A stretch of DNA of 64,000 nt from Macrostomum lignano (Eukaryota). Both the position numbers and the translations under genes were made by a program. This document shows, in pieces, positions 63,699-64,000 of this stretch. The stretch spans positions 62,001 through 126,000 of the forward strand of contig NIVC01000628.1 in assembly GCA_002269645.1 (NCBI GenBank), written 5' to 3'. How positions within the stretch are numbered: position 1 is the stretch's first letter; each line of letters begins with the position of its first letter. Under the pieces are notes generated by a model. It was not told the origin of the DNA, did no database searches, and worked only from the letters and a program-made list of their open reading frames with translations.

Positions 63699-64000
63699 GT
63701 GGAGGCCTGCCTGTCCAACGTACTCTCGCTGGCCGACTGCGCTGTCTATGGCGTCGAGGTGCCCGGCAACGAGGGCCGCGCCGGCATGGCGGCTGTGGCC
63801 GATCCCGAGGGCCGCGGTGTTGAAGTGGCCCGGCTGGCCCAGCACCTGCCCCATCTGCTGCCAGCCTACGCCAGGCCGCTGTTCCTTCGAATTGTCCGCC
63901 ACATCGAGGCCACCGGCACCTTCAAGATGAAGAAGACCGAGCTGCGCAAGGACGGCTTCGATCCCGACAGGTGCTGCGGAGATCCCCTCTACTACCTGTG
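63699..64000 (+). CDS. SLC27A1/SLC27A4-like: FATP exon 5, partial (VEACLSNVL...[17 protein letters not shown]...[10 protein letters not shown]...TGTFKMKK...), runs off the window
   Basis: Acceptor CCCCCCAG|GTG restores the conserved NVSTxEVE; C-terminal FATP motifs present. Confidence 0.95.
   Translation, partial: MEACLSNVLSLADCAVYGVEVPGNEGRAGMAAVADPEGRGVEVARLAQHLPHLLPAYARPLFLRIVRHIEATGTFKMKKTELRKDGFDPDRCCGDPLYYL

Overview
Eukaryotic (animal) genomic DNA, not prokaryotic: spliceosomal GT-AG introns, GC-rich exons, poly-Ala/Gln tracts and more than 20 different micro/minisatellite arrays. This style suggests a free-living flatworm such as Macrostomum (inference only). Genes supported by hand-spliced, phase-compatible exons: (1) minus-strand C2H2 zinc-finger protein fused to a KIAA1958/ZMYM/QRICH1-like (DUF3504, Crypton tyrosine-recombinase-derived) domain, CDS exons 10263-10565, 7767-8562, 6690-7123, 3271-3453; (2) minus-strand neuropeptide prohormone with a signal-peptide exon and 19 tandem AYFDPINY(G/D)KKR units that looks like a 36-bp minisatellite; (3) single-exon 277-aa protein of unknown family; (4) divergent intronless EFHD/swiprosin-like protein; (5) dynein light chain LC8; (6) three-exon type I membrane protein with one EGF-like module; (7) probable small two-exon gene; (8) FATP/SLC27 acyl-CoA synthetase with a GC-AG intron, running off the right edge. 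Mobile DNA: a P-like MITE with 8-bp TSD, a GGG-terminated MITE with 8-11-bp TSD, two tRNA-derived CORE-like SINEs and a LINE-like 3' fragment. Two arrays appear to have grown out of transposon sequence. Most long ORFs in the supplied track are read-through of non-coding repeats. No CRISPR, rRNA or intact tRNA gene was found. All family assignments are from recalled motifs, not database searches; repeat boundaries are approximate.
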